Below, in pieces: positions 38,154 through 50,500 of a stretch of DNA of 64,000 nucleotides. A program made the translations under genes and the position numbers. Under the pieces are notes generated by a model, which had not been told where the DNA came from, made no database searches, and saw only the letters and a list, made by a program, of their open reading frames with translations. Every line of letters begins with the position of its first letter. The first letter of the stretch is position 1. Origin of the DNA: Pseudovirgaria hyperparasitica. Taxonomy: Eukaryota. The stretch is taken from NCBI GenBank assembly GCA_010093815.1, contig ML996573.1; one strand, written 5' to 3'.

Positions 38154-41087
38154 ATAGCCCCGCTAAAAAAGAAAACGCCTACCCGTGAAGAGTTATAAGA
38201 TCGTTAAGCACTAATAAGATAGACGCGGTCCTAGTTAAGAGTCGTAAGTGCTAAAGTAGGGCTATCGACGGCTATCATGGTATTAAGGCCATCTACTACT
38301 CCGCACGGATAGGCTATAGAAGCTATAGAAGTAAATGAGTCTACTATTAACCGAATTATCGCCATCTAGGACCCGTAAGAGCGATGGGACTATATTCTAG
38401 ATACGTTTAATAATCTCCTTCACATTACTAGCCTTATAGAATAGCTCTTAAGTAGTATAGTTAACCTCTTCTAGAAAGTAGGAGCTGTAATAGGGTATAG
38501 TAAGGTAAAGATTAACTCCTCCATTTCGAAAGAAGTCCACGAGATAATTTATCGTGGAAGAGATACTAACTCCCGCATCCTAAAAGCTAAAAATGTAATC
38601 CTATAAAACTAGCGAAAAGACCTCCCTAATAATGATAGCTAGTTACTCTAATCCGCCCTCGGATAGCTCTAGTAAACATAGAACTTTATAGAAAAGCTAG
38701 TAGCGCTCTTACGAATATAGATATAGGCGAGAGCGAGGAACTAGTTAAACGTATCTCTATAGTCCCGAATCGGCTAGGGATAGAAGGGAAGGGGAATTAA
38801 GGCATATCTTTAGAGCTCTAATATCGATACCGCTCTAGCTAGCGATAGTAACGAGGATAGTCTATCTCTCTAGTAACTCTCGAACTACCCTAGCTAATAA
38901 AATGAACTAACGTTCTATAATAAGACGGGACTTATTATCCCCGCTAGTTAATAGTTACGGATAAGTAGAATGGTTTATAGACCCGTCGAATACTATCTAT
39001 AAATCAAAGAGATAAGTGCATCGCCTCCGCCTTAGACCTTACCGTCGCTAAAACTAGCGTAGATAACGCCTACGGTAAAGTCCCCTCCACGAAGCACGCC
39101 TTCTAGTTTAGTAGCACGTCGTCTCTTTAAAGCTAGTCGTCCGTTTAAAGTAAGCATTCCTCCTACTACTACTAGTATACGTCCCTTACCGGGCCATACG
39201 AGAACCTCTTTAGTATCTATTATAGCTACGCCGATAAAACCCACTCGCGGACGTACCTTATCTACCGGCCCTTAGTAATTACCAGGGGCGCCTACATGAT
39301 AATCCCCGGTTATTCTTAGTTTATACCCTAAGATAATAGTATCGGTCGAGGAAGAGGACGAGCCTAAGAAGTATTAATACGCGCCTTTAGTGACGAAGAC
39401 TTTTAAGGCAGCTATATTATTAAAGAAGAATTTCACGAGTATTAAGGGAATGGCCCTACTAGTGCGCTAGAAAGCGTAGATAGGTAACATGGCTATTCCG
39501 TATAAAGTCTACTATAAGCATTACTAAGACGTGGCTAGAAAGAATAATATACTCGTTAGCGTGTCCTACTTAAACCTAGTAGCGAGACTTAAAATAGTAT
39601 ATAAGTTTAGAGATAACGTGGGGGCCCTTAAAGTTTATAAGGACCGCTATACCTAGTTCGCGAAGTACACGCGGCCACCTTATCTAATAGAGGTATTAGG
39701 TATCTATCATTACTAGGCCCTAGAGACCCCGAAGTAAGTTATTAATATTAAAACCATCCTTACTAGTATCGTATTTATAATTTAGAAGGAGGACGGTAGA
39801 ATAGATAGGTAACTCTTCGACGAGTAGGAACGTACCGGAAGTGTTAATATTAAAGGGCTCTTTAAGCTACTTAAAAAGACGACCTCTATACTTAATAAGA
39901 GTATCCTAGAACTCGCGAGGGATGAATTTAATATGTATAAGTACCACTAGCGCATGTTTAATAAGAAATCGAACTACGGCTAGCTACGAACTATATACCA
40001 CTCCTATATCTAATAGTTTATTAGGTAATATCTACTTTACTAGCTTACCTATGTCGCTCTTCGGCCCGATCTTAACTACTATCTAATCTTATACCCGTAC
40101 TATGCGAAGTCCTAGAATAGGGGTAATAAGACGGGTTTTAAGTATCTCGATAACGCCATTAATCGAATCCTCGATCCTAGTAATAGACACGGGTTTAATA
40201 TAATCTAGGGGAGTATTAGTCTTAACGATAAACGAAGTAACGACTATACTATAATCATTCCCCGCTTCTATAAGTTCTTAAACGAATAGTAGTCGAAGGC
40301 CAAGCTCCGCGAGGGGGTTAATCGAAACGGTATAATCACGGCTATTAATGATAAGATCTATAATACGGACGATAAGAAACGATTTAGTCCCTTCGTCCCG
40401 GTCCCCTACTAGTCCCTTAAAGTACATATCTCTAGCCTACTAATAATACACGGCGCCTAGGGTCCCGTAAAGGGTGGAAGATACATGATACTTCCATAGT
40501 ATATCGCGATTGGCCCTAATTATATAATAATGGAAGTACCTAAAATAGGTACATAGGAATAACTCGTAGTAGCTTATAGGAATTTAACTCCGGGACCTAC
40601 GTCTCCGTCGGGATTTTCTAATAAATATAGCGTGATTTCTTTTACCTTCCTAGCCGTAGTTTAACTCCCGAGTTTTAACGCCGTTAGTAACGTATTAGTC
40701 GGCCGTAAAAGATAGGACAGCTAGAAGGTAAAAGAAGAGGTAGCTACGTGGCTTAACATAAGTCCTTAATAACTTAAAGCTAAGGTAGACGCCTAGTTTA
40801 AGGAGGGCTCGAGGGTATTCGTAGAGACCTTTAAGAAAATAGTAAGGTAGAAAAGGCTAGTCTATAGGGATAGGTCGTTCTAGAAGGAATTTAATAAGGC
40901 GCGCGCCGCTAAGTAGCCAATTAATTTTAAGAAATTCGAGTCCAACGCAGGCCTAGATAACATTAAAGAGAACTTCTATAGATAGGAGAGGCCTAACGAA
41001 CTATCCGATAAGGAGGAATCTAACCTCTCTAAGATAAGCGACACGATTCTTTAGGAGCTGGCTCGCGACCTTAAGTACTAAGATTAG
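38154..41087 (+). pseudogene. Accessory ~980-codon ORF of Gypsy-3 with a C-terminal PhyH-like 2OG-Fe(II) dioxygenase domain, RIP-inactivated
   Basis: One frame from ATA(ATG)-APLKKKTP. De-RIP motifs GFKHLD (TAT CTC GAT, 40143-40151), IQGSISLDDE..DCT.IIPRFH (40203-40272), intact distal His CAC 40449-40451, and Arg ten residues later (HGAQGPVKGGR). The stop position is approximate. Confidence 0.7.
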
Positions 41088-41106
41088 GCGCCTAAAAACC
41101 TACCTA

Positions 41107-41139
41107 ATTATTAGTTAAGGGCTACCCTTAACTAATAAT
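41107..41139. repeat. Shared palindrome copy (Gypsy-3 3' UTR)
   Basis: ATTATTAGTTAAGGG-cta-CCCTTAACTAATAAT. Confidence 0.95.
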
Positions 41140-44100
41140 CCGGGCTAAGGTTTACCCGCGCCGAGAGGTTTACTAGGGGCGCATTTTATTTATATTAAGG
41201 TCTTTCTTTTAGGCGTTCTTCACACGGTTTCTTACACGGTTACTATACTACTAAGGGTAGTAGTTCTATGGGCCGGGGAGGTATATATGGAAGGCCGCTC
41301 CTATAGCCCTATATATATGTGTCCCTAGCTCGATCACATGGCTTTATTATATATTTAAGGAGGGTATTTTCCTTGGTCATTCTGCTCGGCGCTCCCCCTA
41401 TTACTAATATTCGACTATTTAACCTTTCCTTACGTTTATAGGCCTCTATAGGTATTGATTATTAGGCTTAGCTATTAAAGAATTGATTAAGAGTATTATA
41501 TAGACCCGTCCTATTATAAAAGAGAACTAATAAGAAGTCGTGCGTTTAAAGAGAACTTATAATACCTAGGAGAGATACTTGTGAGTTCGTCGCGACTACT
41601 ATACTAGGAACACAGCCATTTACAAAAGGGACACACGTGGCGATAGCTCACTATAATAGTATAATCCTTTATACGCTCGGCTAGTACCTAGTAGACTATT
41701 AACTAATAATAGTACTATATTACCCTAGATATTATAATATATAACGTCTAATCTTAGGACTATATAATTATATAGAGGAACTTTAGCCTTTACTATCGTC
41801 TTAAGGTACTTTCTATTCTTAAGATACTTAAATAGCTTATTTTATAATAGAAATACCTCGTTATAAACGTTATATTAGATCTAGTATACTAGATATATAT
41901 TAGTTACCTAGCATGCTATGAATTACAAAGGTAGGCTCTTATTAATATTACTAGATAGTAGGTTAAGACTAGTAAGGCCGGTTTTATTACTAAACTATAC
42001 TAGTTTAATAATATCTATATTAGTTAGTCTAAGGTAGAAGAAAGCTTCTTTAACCTCTATATAGTAAGCGTCTTTAACGTCTAGGTTATATAATTCTTTC
42101 TAAATATTATATACTTAGTAGAATAGTTATAGCGGTTAGATAAACTATCTATTATTACTAAGGGACCGAGACTAGCTAGTATAGGGCTTATTAGTCGTTC
42201 TAGAACCGGTAGAATAACCTATAGAAGCGCTAGTTATAGCTAGTAGCTAACGTGCGTTAGCTAATGCCTTTTAACCGCCTTTATCTAAATCTTCTAATCC
42301 TTATTAGAACTACTACGGAGAGTAGGGCTAGTATAAGTTATAATATTAATTAGGTTAATTAGTTATAAGATAATAGCTATTAGGCTAGCCCTAGTCTTAA
42401 GAGTTACTAACTAGTTAAGGTAAGTTATAGTAATAAGAGCCGTTATATTAACTATCTCCTCTTCCTTATTAAGTAAATTAACTTAAAGTACTATACTATA
42501 TACTACTAAGGTAATAGTAGATAAGTTAGTACTATTCTTTGCGTTTTACTTATAGAGTTTATATAAATTAGACTAGAGATATAGATTCTATTAGTAGAGG
42601 TAGACCCTAGTAAAGAAGAATATTAATACCGTTCTATATAAACGTCTAAGCGTTTTAGCTAGAAGGGTCTAATAGTTATATAGTACTATAGTCACAAGCT
42701 ATAGTATATATATATAAAGTAATATTGGCTTAGAAGCGGGCCTATTAGAGAGTATATTTTTATATTATAAGAGATAATAGAGCGTCGGATAATAGCTACT
42801 TAAACTACTTAATTAAGGCCGTAGTCTAGGTATCTAAACTAGATAAGTAATAGAGCGCTTCCTTCTTAAGATTAGATAATTCTAATATAAACTACTCGAG
42901 GGTATATTCTCGTAGATACTAGGAGAGTTTTAACTTAATAGTCTTAGTTTCTCTAGCCGTAGTAGCGTCTTTAATCTAGTTAAGGAAGATATATACGCTA
43001 TATATATACGTATTCTAACTAGTAAAAATAATATCTCTATCTCTAAAGCTACGATCTAAATTAGACTAGAAGAATCTAATTTCTTATATTCTAAACCCTT
43101 AACTATCCTCGTTATCGTTAAACGGGGGGTTTTTACTACTATCTATTAGGTTTTAGTCGTTATTCTACGAAATACCCGCCCGCTAAGTAAGAGTCTACTA
43201 GATTATAGCTATAATTATAGCTTACTATCTTACCGTAAAGTCCCTATTATTAGTTATTAGAGCCCTAGCTAGCATGCCGCTATTACTAGCGTCTATATCT
43301 ACCTAACGTAGTATAGTATATTCTACTAAAGTACTAGCATGTTTAGGGTAGTCGGATATAGTAGCTTCTATACTAGAGCTTACTATATAATTAACTAAGT
43401 CCGATAAGCTTAAGAATGCCCTAGGGAGCCCGGTAGTAGATAGATACTAAGCTTAAATTAACGGGTTATTTAGGAACGCGTTATACACCTCTTATAATAC
43501 TAGGCGATTTATTAACTACTATAGTAGAAAAGGCTTAGTAGCTAGTCTTCTACTTTATAAAGAACGTTCTAGAGTAGAGGGCGGTAGATAATTAGTAATA
43601 AGATAATTAAGTACTATCTTAAGTATTAGTAGATTTCTAAACGCCTATTAATTAACTTATCTATAACTAAATAGTTAATACCCTAGAAGAACTAAGTCCT
43701 CTAGTAGTAATATAAGCTATTATTATAAGCGGCTAGTAAGAGTATAGAAAATATAAAATTACTAGTATCTAGCGTATAACGGAAAACTTTTTAAGCTAAA
43801 TAGTAAAATATAGAAGCGATAGAGTTATAGATATCTAGTTTAATCTATATATAGTCTCGTAACCGGTAAATAGAGCCTTCTCAAGCTCTAGAGAGTTAAG
43901 TTTATAGTAATATAATAAGTATATTCTACTTATACTATATGCTAGAAGAAGAACGTTTTACTAGCCTATTATAAAGTAGTTAGTATAATAATAATAATAA
44001 TAATATTAGTAAACTAGGTAGAGTACCACTCTATAGGCGCATGCCTCCTCTAGTCTAAGCTACTATATAAGAAGAAACCTACGAATAGGAAAAACTCCCT

Positions 44101-44224
44101 TATATCTATAACTACGCTCTATCTATTCTCTCGTTCTTTATATATATATAGCCCTAGGGGCTACCTATAGGCCTATAGCCTATATTATAATGGTTTGCCC
44201 TTAGGTAGCACGTGTAGGTGCGGA

Positions 44225-44259
44225 GATTATTAGTTAAGGGCTACCCTTAACTAATAATC
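44225..44259. repeat. Shared palindrome copy (LINE 3' UTR)
   Basis: GATTATTAGTTAAGGG-cta-CCCTTAACTAATAATC. Confidence 0.95.
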
Positions 44260-47200
44260 GCGGTTCTCCCGGGGTTCTTCCGACGTATACCGGGGTTCTT
44301 CTAGTATATATTAGGCTTCTTCTAGTATATATACACGGGTCTACTAGAACTAGGGGAGAGGAAGGTATATAAGTATCTATTAGGTAATGTCCTTAGGGTA
44401 CTTATTAAGCTATCGCGTAATATTAGAGGTCCTTATCATACGGACGAGAGCTTATCTTAGGGTATAGAGACTAGAGTACGTCGTGAGGTAGTGGCGTATT
44501 ATACCTCTCCGGCCGTAGTCCTCGTACTAGGGAGATATATCTAGAACGCCTCTCTAGTAGAGATAATATAGAAGATCTATAGCGCCTATTCGGGCTTAGA
44601 GGAGTATAGATACTTAGGCCTTCGTTAGCCCTTTATATATATATTTACTTAGTTCCTTCTAAGGCCCTCGGATCTATTCTAGATATCTATCCTATTAGGA
44701 GGCCCACTAGGCTTTAAGTACCTCCCTCTATTTATTCTAGATCCACGACCGTATAACGCGGCTAAGCTCCTTAGAGCTCTATTAGCTCGGGATAGTATCC
44801 GGGTTATTTTGAACCTCCTATACGGTCTAGCTCGAGTCCGCCTCTATATAGTATTTATATTATACTTGAGTTTATTCTATAGTAGGGAGGGCCTAGTAAT
44901 GTGCGTGGATACGTGTACGTAGTACGGCGAAGGTATATACCCTATCTCCTCTACGTTCTTATACTTATTATTTAGTAAAGTATATAAGTCTCTATATCTA
45001 GTAGAAGTTCTATATACTCGTTACGTTTATCTCGCGTTAGAGAAGCGTCGTATTAGTAGCTTTATATACGCCGGAGATAAGGCGGAGTATACGGTTTTAT
45101 ATAGACTTAAGCTTTACCCGCCGAGCTTATATAAGGGCCGTATACTAGTACTCGTGTCTATATATAAAGGCTAGGCGTACTAGGGAGACGTATAGCTATC
45201 TCGCCTTATTCTAGGCTATTCCCTACGTGGATACCGTAATCCGGTATATAGCGGTTTCTATCTAGAGGGCTCTAGAGACGGTGTATACTACCTATGGTCT
45301 CTATTTTAGCTTATTATCGATTATAACGCTAAGTGCTCGTATACTCTATGCTAGTGGTTCTATAAAGGCGTCGATTTAGGGGCGACGTGCCCTCTCCCTA
45401 GTAGCCTATCCTCTATAGCGGTTAATAAAGTATATAAGCTAGTATTTTTTAGGTGCGAATTTTACTCTATAGTACTTTATCTACTAGATGTATTTCTCGT
45501 GGTCTCATTCGAGTCGTGTATATGTTCTACTAGTACTACTATCGACCGTAAGGAGGTATATATCGTCCGCGTATCTAACTATCTCTATATATTCTATTCT
45601 CTAAAGGAGGTCTACTATAAAGAAGAGGAAGAGGATCGGGGAGATGGTACTCCCTTACGGGATGCCGTATACCGTCTTCTTATATTTGCTTCGGTATCCG
45701 GGGATATATATTTAAGTAGTCCTTTACGCGAGGAAGAACTATATAAATCGTATAATCTACTTAGGTATTCGCCTTATCCGGAGGTTATAGATAAGTCTTA
45801 TGTGGTTTACCTTATTAAACGCCCCTACTATATCTAGAGAGAGTAGCGTAACGACTCGTCCTTATTTCTATATAGTCTAGATAACCTCGAGGATGTATTA
45901 AATAGCTATAATTAGGGAGCTTTCTACCTTCGCCTTCTGGTTTACTAGGAGAAGGCCGTGTACCTATACTACTATACTTATCTTCTTAGTAATCGTGGCT
46001 TCTAGTACCTTACTAAGGTAGGAGAGGAGGGCGATCGGCCTCTATCCCTTCGGCGTGTTTAGGCTCTTCTCTAGTTTTAGAAGTATAACCGTATATACGG
46101 TTCGGAAGCTCTATAGGTGGTATCCTATACGGGCGCACGCTCGGAATATATGGCCTATAATTAGTAAGGTCGCCTATATAGTCCTCTTAAGGTATCGATT
46201 CGGAATTCCGTCTAGCCTAGGCGCTTTATCATTTAGGAGTGTCTTAATAGCGCCGAGTATATCGTCGTCCGTGATTTCCCTAGGGATACTTACGGCTTCT
46301 AGGTATTCCATGCCGTTAATATCTAATAGGTCTACGGGTTCTAGGAGAGGGAATATAACCTCTTATAGGATCTCTATTTTCTCGAGGCTCGTAGAGTACG
46401 TCTTTTCTTAATATATAAGGGGGGGTATAAGTAGTATAGGTGTCGGGGAGGCGGTGCTTTTGGCCCATTTTACCATATGCCATAGTCTAGTAGTATTATA
46501 TATATATCTATCCGTGACTATACGCTACTATTTACGTCGCTTATTACGGAGGACCTTATCTTATTATCTTCTCGCCTCTCTCTATTTATTCTACGCTTTA
46601 GATATATAGTTATAGTATACGCGTATATATAATCTCTAGACTTCTCGCCTATACTCTCGTACTTAAGGTATACTTTTTAGGTCTAGGGGTCTATATATTC
46701 AGTACGGCACGTGTTTATCTCTTACTCCCTAGTACGCCTATAGGAGTGTATTTACGGCCTGGTTGATGGCCGGGCCATTAGATACGTCGACTATAGATGG
46801 GTCTAGAATCGTCGATTCTAGGTCCTTTAGGTACTTTTCCTAGTTAGTATCCTTCTATAGCTATCGCCCTCGTTAGTCTTAAGGGGTAGATACGTCTATT
46901 ACGGTCTCTATATATTTATGGTCGGAGTCTATCTATATAAGGCTTAGGCGGTAGTATTAAGTCCTATTATAAATATGTCTAGTGGCTAGGGTAAGGTCGA
47001 GTATAGATCCGCCCTTATCTTATTTATATTTTCGCTAGGTAATCTATCCTACTAGTATAAGAAGGTATAGAAAGCCATAGTATTAGATGCGTAGTTCTCT
47101 AGCTCGAAGCTCTTCGCGGGTGACGGTTAGTCTACCCCACTAGCTATAATAGAGGTTGAAGTCTCCTAGGAGAATGTATTATTCTAGCTCGGTAGTACCC

Positions 47201-47515
47201 TTAAGTATATTATCCGCCTAAAGTAATCGGTTCTAATTATATATATTATATATATAGAGGGGTCCGATATTCGTCTAGAGGTGTAGTATTATCCGGAGGT
47301 TATCCCGTTTAGTATACGACTATAATAAGAGTAGAATAGACTTATAGACATGGAAGAGGACTCTCCTCTCCGGTCCTAGGGGGTGTATTATATAATATTC
47401 TAGGTGTGTTATTGGTTTGTTTGTCTGGTAGTGTTTATATGGCTTCTATATAGCGAGTATTACAGCTCCGGTCTCCTTAAGGAGTGTTATCTAGTTCTTA
47501 CGTTTATACTATACG

Positions 47516-50500
47516 TGTAAGAATAGGGTTATTAGATAGTAGTGTAGTTAGATAGAATAATAGGGTGTATTCTATCATAGAACGAATTACTACCGAACCC
47601 TTTTAGTAGGAATCCGAGAGTATATATATAAAGGGACGCCGATCTATCTAGTACGTAACTATTTACCGCCCTTTACGTTACCTCCTAACCCTATTAGCTA
47701 AGGTATATATAGATCGGGTCCTACCTAAGGCTAAGTCCTAATAATTATCTCTTCCCTCTAGGAAGCTACCCTTAGCGACCTAGATCGTTATCTATCTCTA
47801 TATCCCTATCCTAAGTCTCGTAAGACCTTAGTCGTTCTCTACGCTTTATCTTAGATACTTACCGATATTCGCTAATCTAAGATTTACATAAGCGTTTTCC
47901 TAATAAACTAGATTTTATCTATCTTAACTTCTTATATAGGTAAGATTACCTAATTAGGCCTAGCGTATCACGTGATGTGATTAGGTAAGCCCGGGTACTA
48001 CCTATATTAAAATCTTTTCTTAGAAATATTTCTTTCTTTAAAAAACTTCTTAACTCTTTATAGAGTTTTTTAGATTATTAGGTATATCACCCGATCCTTA
48101 TAGATATAGATTTATATAGATTTACTATAATTTAGTACGATTTACGTAATTTACTAATTTTCGTACCGTCCTTAGCTAGTAATAATATAATTCGTAATAA
48201 TCCGTATAAATTAATAATAATCTTAATATGGTTTCCCGAAATCTCGACACTCTAAAGTAATTAGCGCGGAAATAGACGCCTTCGAATAATCCCTATCTTA
48301 TATACGTTACTAATATGTCGAAAGCCATTAATCTACCCTAACCTAGGCCGGGCTCTAATAATCTAGCTATATATTATTATAGTTATCGCTTTCCATCATA
48401 CATTACTCACGGTAGTACTAAATCTATAATATACGGCACTTACATAACTAAGAAGCGTTATTACTTATAGGTATTTAAGTAAGTTCGAAGAACTTTACGT
48501 AGATTTACTTATATTAGTATAGATTACTACTAGGCCTCTAGTAACCCCTACTAATAAGGAGTATAGTACTACCGATCGCAACGCCTTAGAGAAGGCTTTC
48601 TACGAGCTATATACCTAAGGTAAGGGTTACGCCTAGGAGTATAATTCTAATAAGATCCGCAAGGATTTATCGGAATCTACTATAGCTATTATTACCGCGA
48701 TTACTAGGTAATATCGTTTTTCTTAAATTATTATAGATTCTTACTAATATATATTAATCTCTATAATAGTACTAAAATCTCTACTACTTCGGACTTCTTT
48801 CTATATATCGGCGATATTAGAATTCCTAGAAAAGGTTCTAGTAAAAAGGCTAAGGTTCCTTCCTTACGCGTGCTAAAGAGCTATAAATTTAGGGAAGATA
48901 GCTCTAATCTAGAAGTTTCTATACTAAAGGTATGTGGTTCTATACCGATCGTTGAATCTTTTTACTAATTTATATAATTCTTAGCGTGCCCGCGCCGGTC
49001 CATCCCTCTCTATCCTAGGTCCCGCCACTNNNNNNNNNNTGGTTCTATACCGATCGTTGAATCTTTTTACTAATTTATATAATTCTTAGCGTGCCCGCGC
49101 CGGTCCATCCCTCTCTATCCTAGGTCCCGCCACTCCGTAGGTTTCTATAGAGGAGTTTATAGCTATAAGGCGCGCTATATAGAATTTATAGCGTCGGAAT
49201 AAAAGGCTAGAGACTTATATTATAAAGCTCTATACTATGCTAAATAAGAACTAGCGGAAGGAATTAGATATAACCATCGCGGTAATTAGTACTTCTACTC
49301 CTACTCTAACTTAATCGGTTTAGATCTATACTAATTAGTACTAATATATCTCTTTTATCTAGCGTTTTTGGTTTTTTAGTTTTAATTTTAAAGCGATCTT
49401 ACTTCTTCTAGATAGATTAGTACGAGTTTATATAGATCTATATAGATCTTTCTATTTTCTTTTAGCTTTCTTAATTTTATCTTTCTTTAATAATAACTTC
49501 TTTAATCTCTTTAGTGATCTATACCGATCTATACCGATCGGCACCGATTTTCGATGTCCATTTCTCTTAGTAAATCATTTTTCTAAGTCTCTTTTTTAGT
49601 TAAATTTTTTAAAGTTCTAAGTTCGAACTTTCTAAGGAAGTTCCTTAATTCCTTAGAATGTTTTAAAGATCTATATCTCTTTTATCTTCTTCCTTTTAGG
49701 CGGCCGTCCTTAGCGCTAAACTATACTAAAAAACGTCGAATCGCCGTACTTTAGTATAATTCTCTATGATTCTACGGCTTCCTTTACTAATCGCTGCTTA
49801 TATACTAATATCGCTGCTTTACTAATATTTATTATAGGTTCCCAAGTATCTTCGTTAGGATTATATCCTTTCTAATGAATTTTATATAGCTACGTGCCAT
49901 CTTCGGCGCGTTACTAGCTAAGTATCTACTTAACTTCGTAGATATCTATACCTTCTTACGTAACTACTTTATATAGTATCTATTCGGAACGATCCGGTAA
50001 TAATAAGGTATGAAATGGCTCGAGAAGCGTAATATAGAATATATTATATATCTTTAACGTAGGAGGGAGTTACAACTCGTACACCTAGTCATTGATTACA
50101 CGAGTAATCTTATATAGACCTATTATTATATAGTTAAGCTTCTTCTTTAGCCTAATACTACGAATATTCTTGCTATTTAGTAAAACTTTGTCCCTAACAT
50201 TAAAGATCATGGGTTTTCTACCCTTATTATGGTGCGATTTACTATAATTCATAGTATCTTATAGTAACTTTATAACGCTTCTTTGCATTTAGAATAGTTC
50301 TATAGTAATTTCTATTACTTTAACGTTGGGTCGTTCTACTTTAAACTAAGTCCCTAAGAACTACGTATTATAGTTCTAACCGAAGTTTACTTCGAACGGA
50401 CTCACGTGGGTTAACGTATATCGGCTGTTATTATACGCGAATTCCGCGACATAGACTAACCTTGCCTAGTTATTCTACTTATAGTTATAATATATACGTA

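Larger units (their letters stand above)
30220..41655 (+). mobile_element. Gypsy-3 LTR retrotransposon (non-chromoviral, Ylt1-like), 11.4 kb; LTRs 30220-30589 and 41286-41655; 4-bp TSD ATAG
   Basis: 370-bp LTR pair; ATAG at 30216-30219 and 41656-41659. tRNA-type PBS TAGAGGTCGTACC (RIP of TGGAGGTC..., tRNA-Gln-like) at ~30594; PPT GGGGAGG before the 3' LTR. De-RIP motifs: protease ALFDSGA ~33360, RT FLDD ~34975, RNase H, integrase NGIIERS ~36682. No chromodomain seen. Confidence 0.92.

Noticed and set aside
48935..49134. 95-bp direct duplication flanking the N-gap at 49030-49039
   Set aside because: Identical copies on either side of a 10-N scaffold gap and absent from copies A and B; an unmerged contig overlap.
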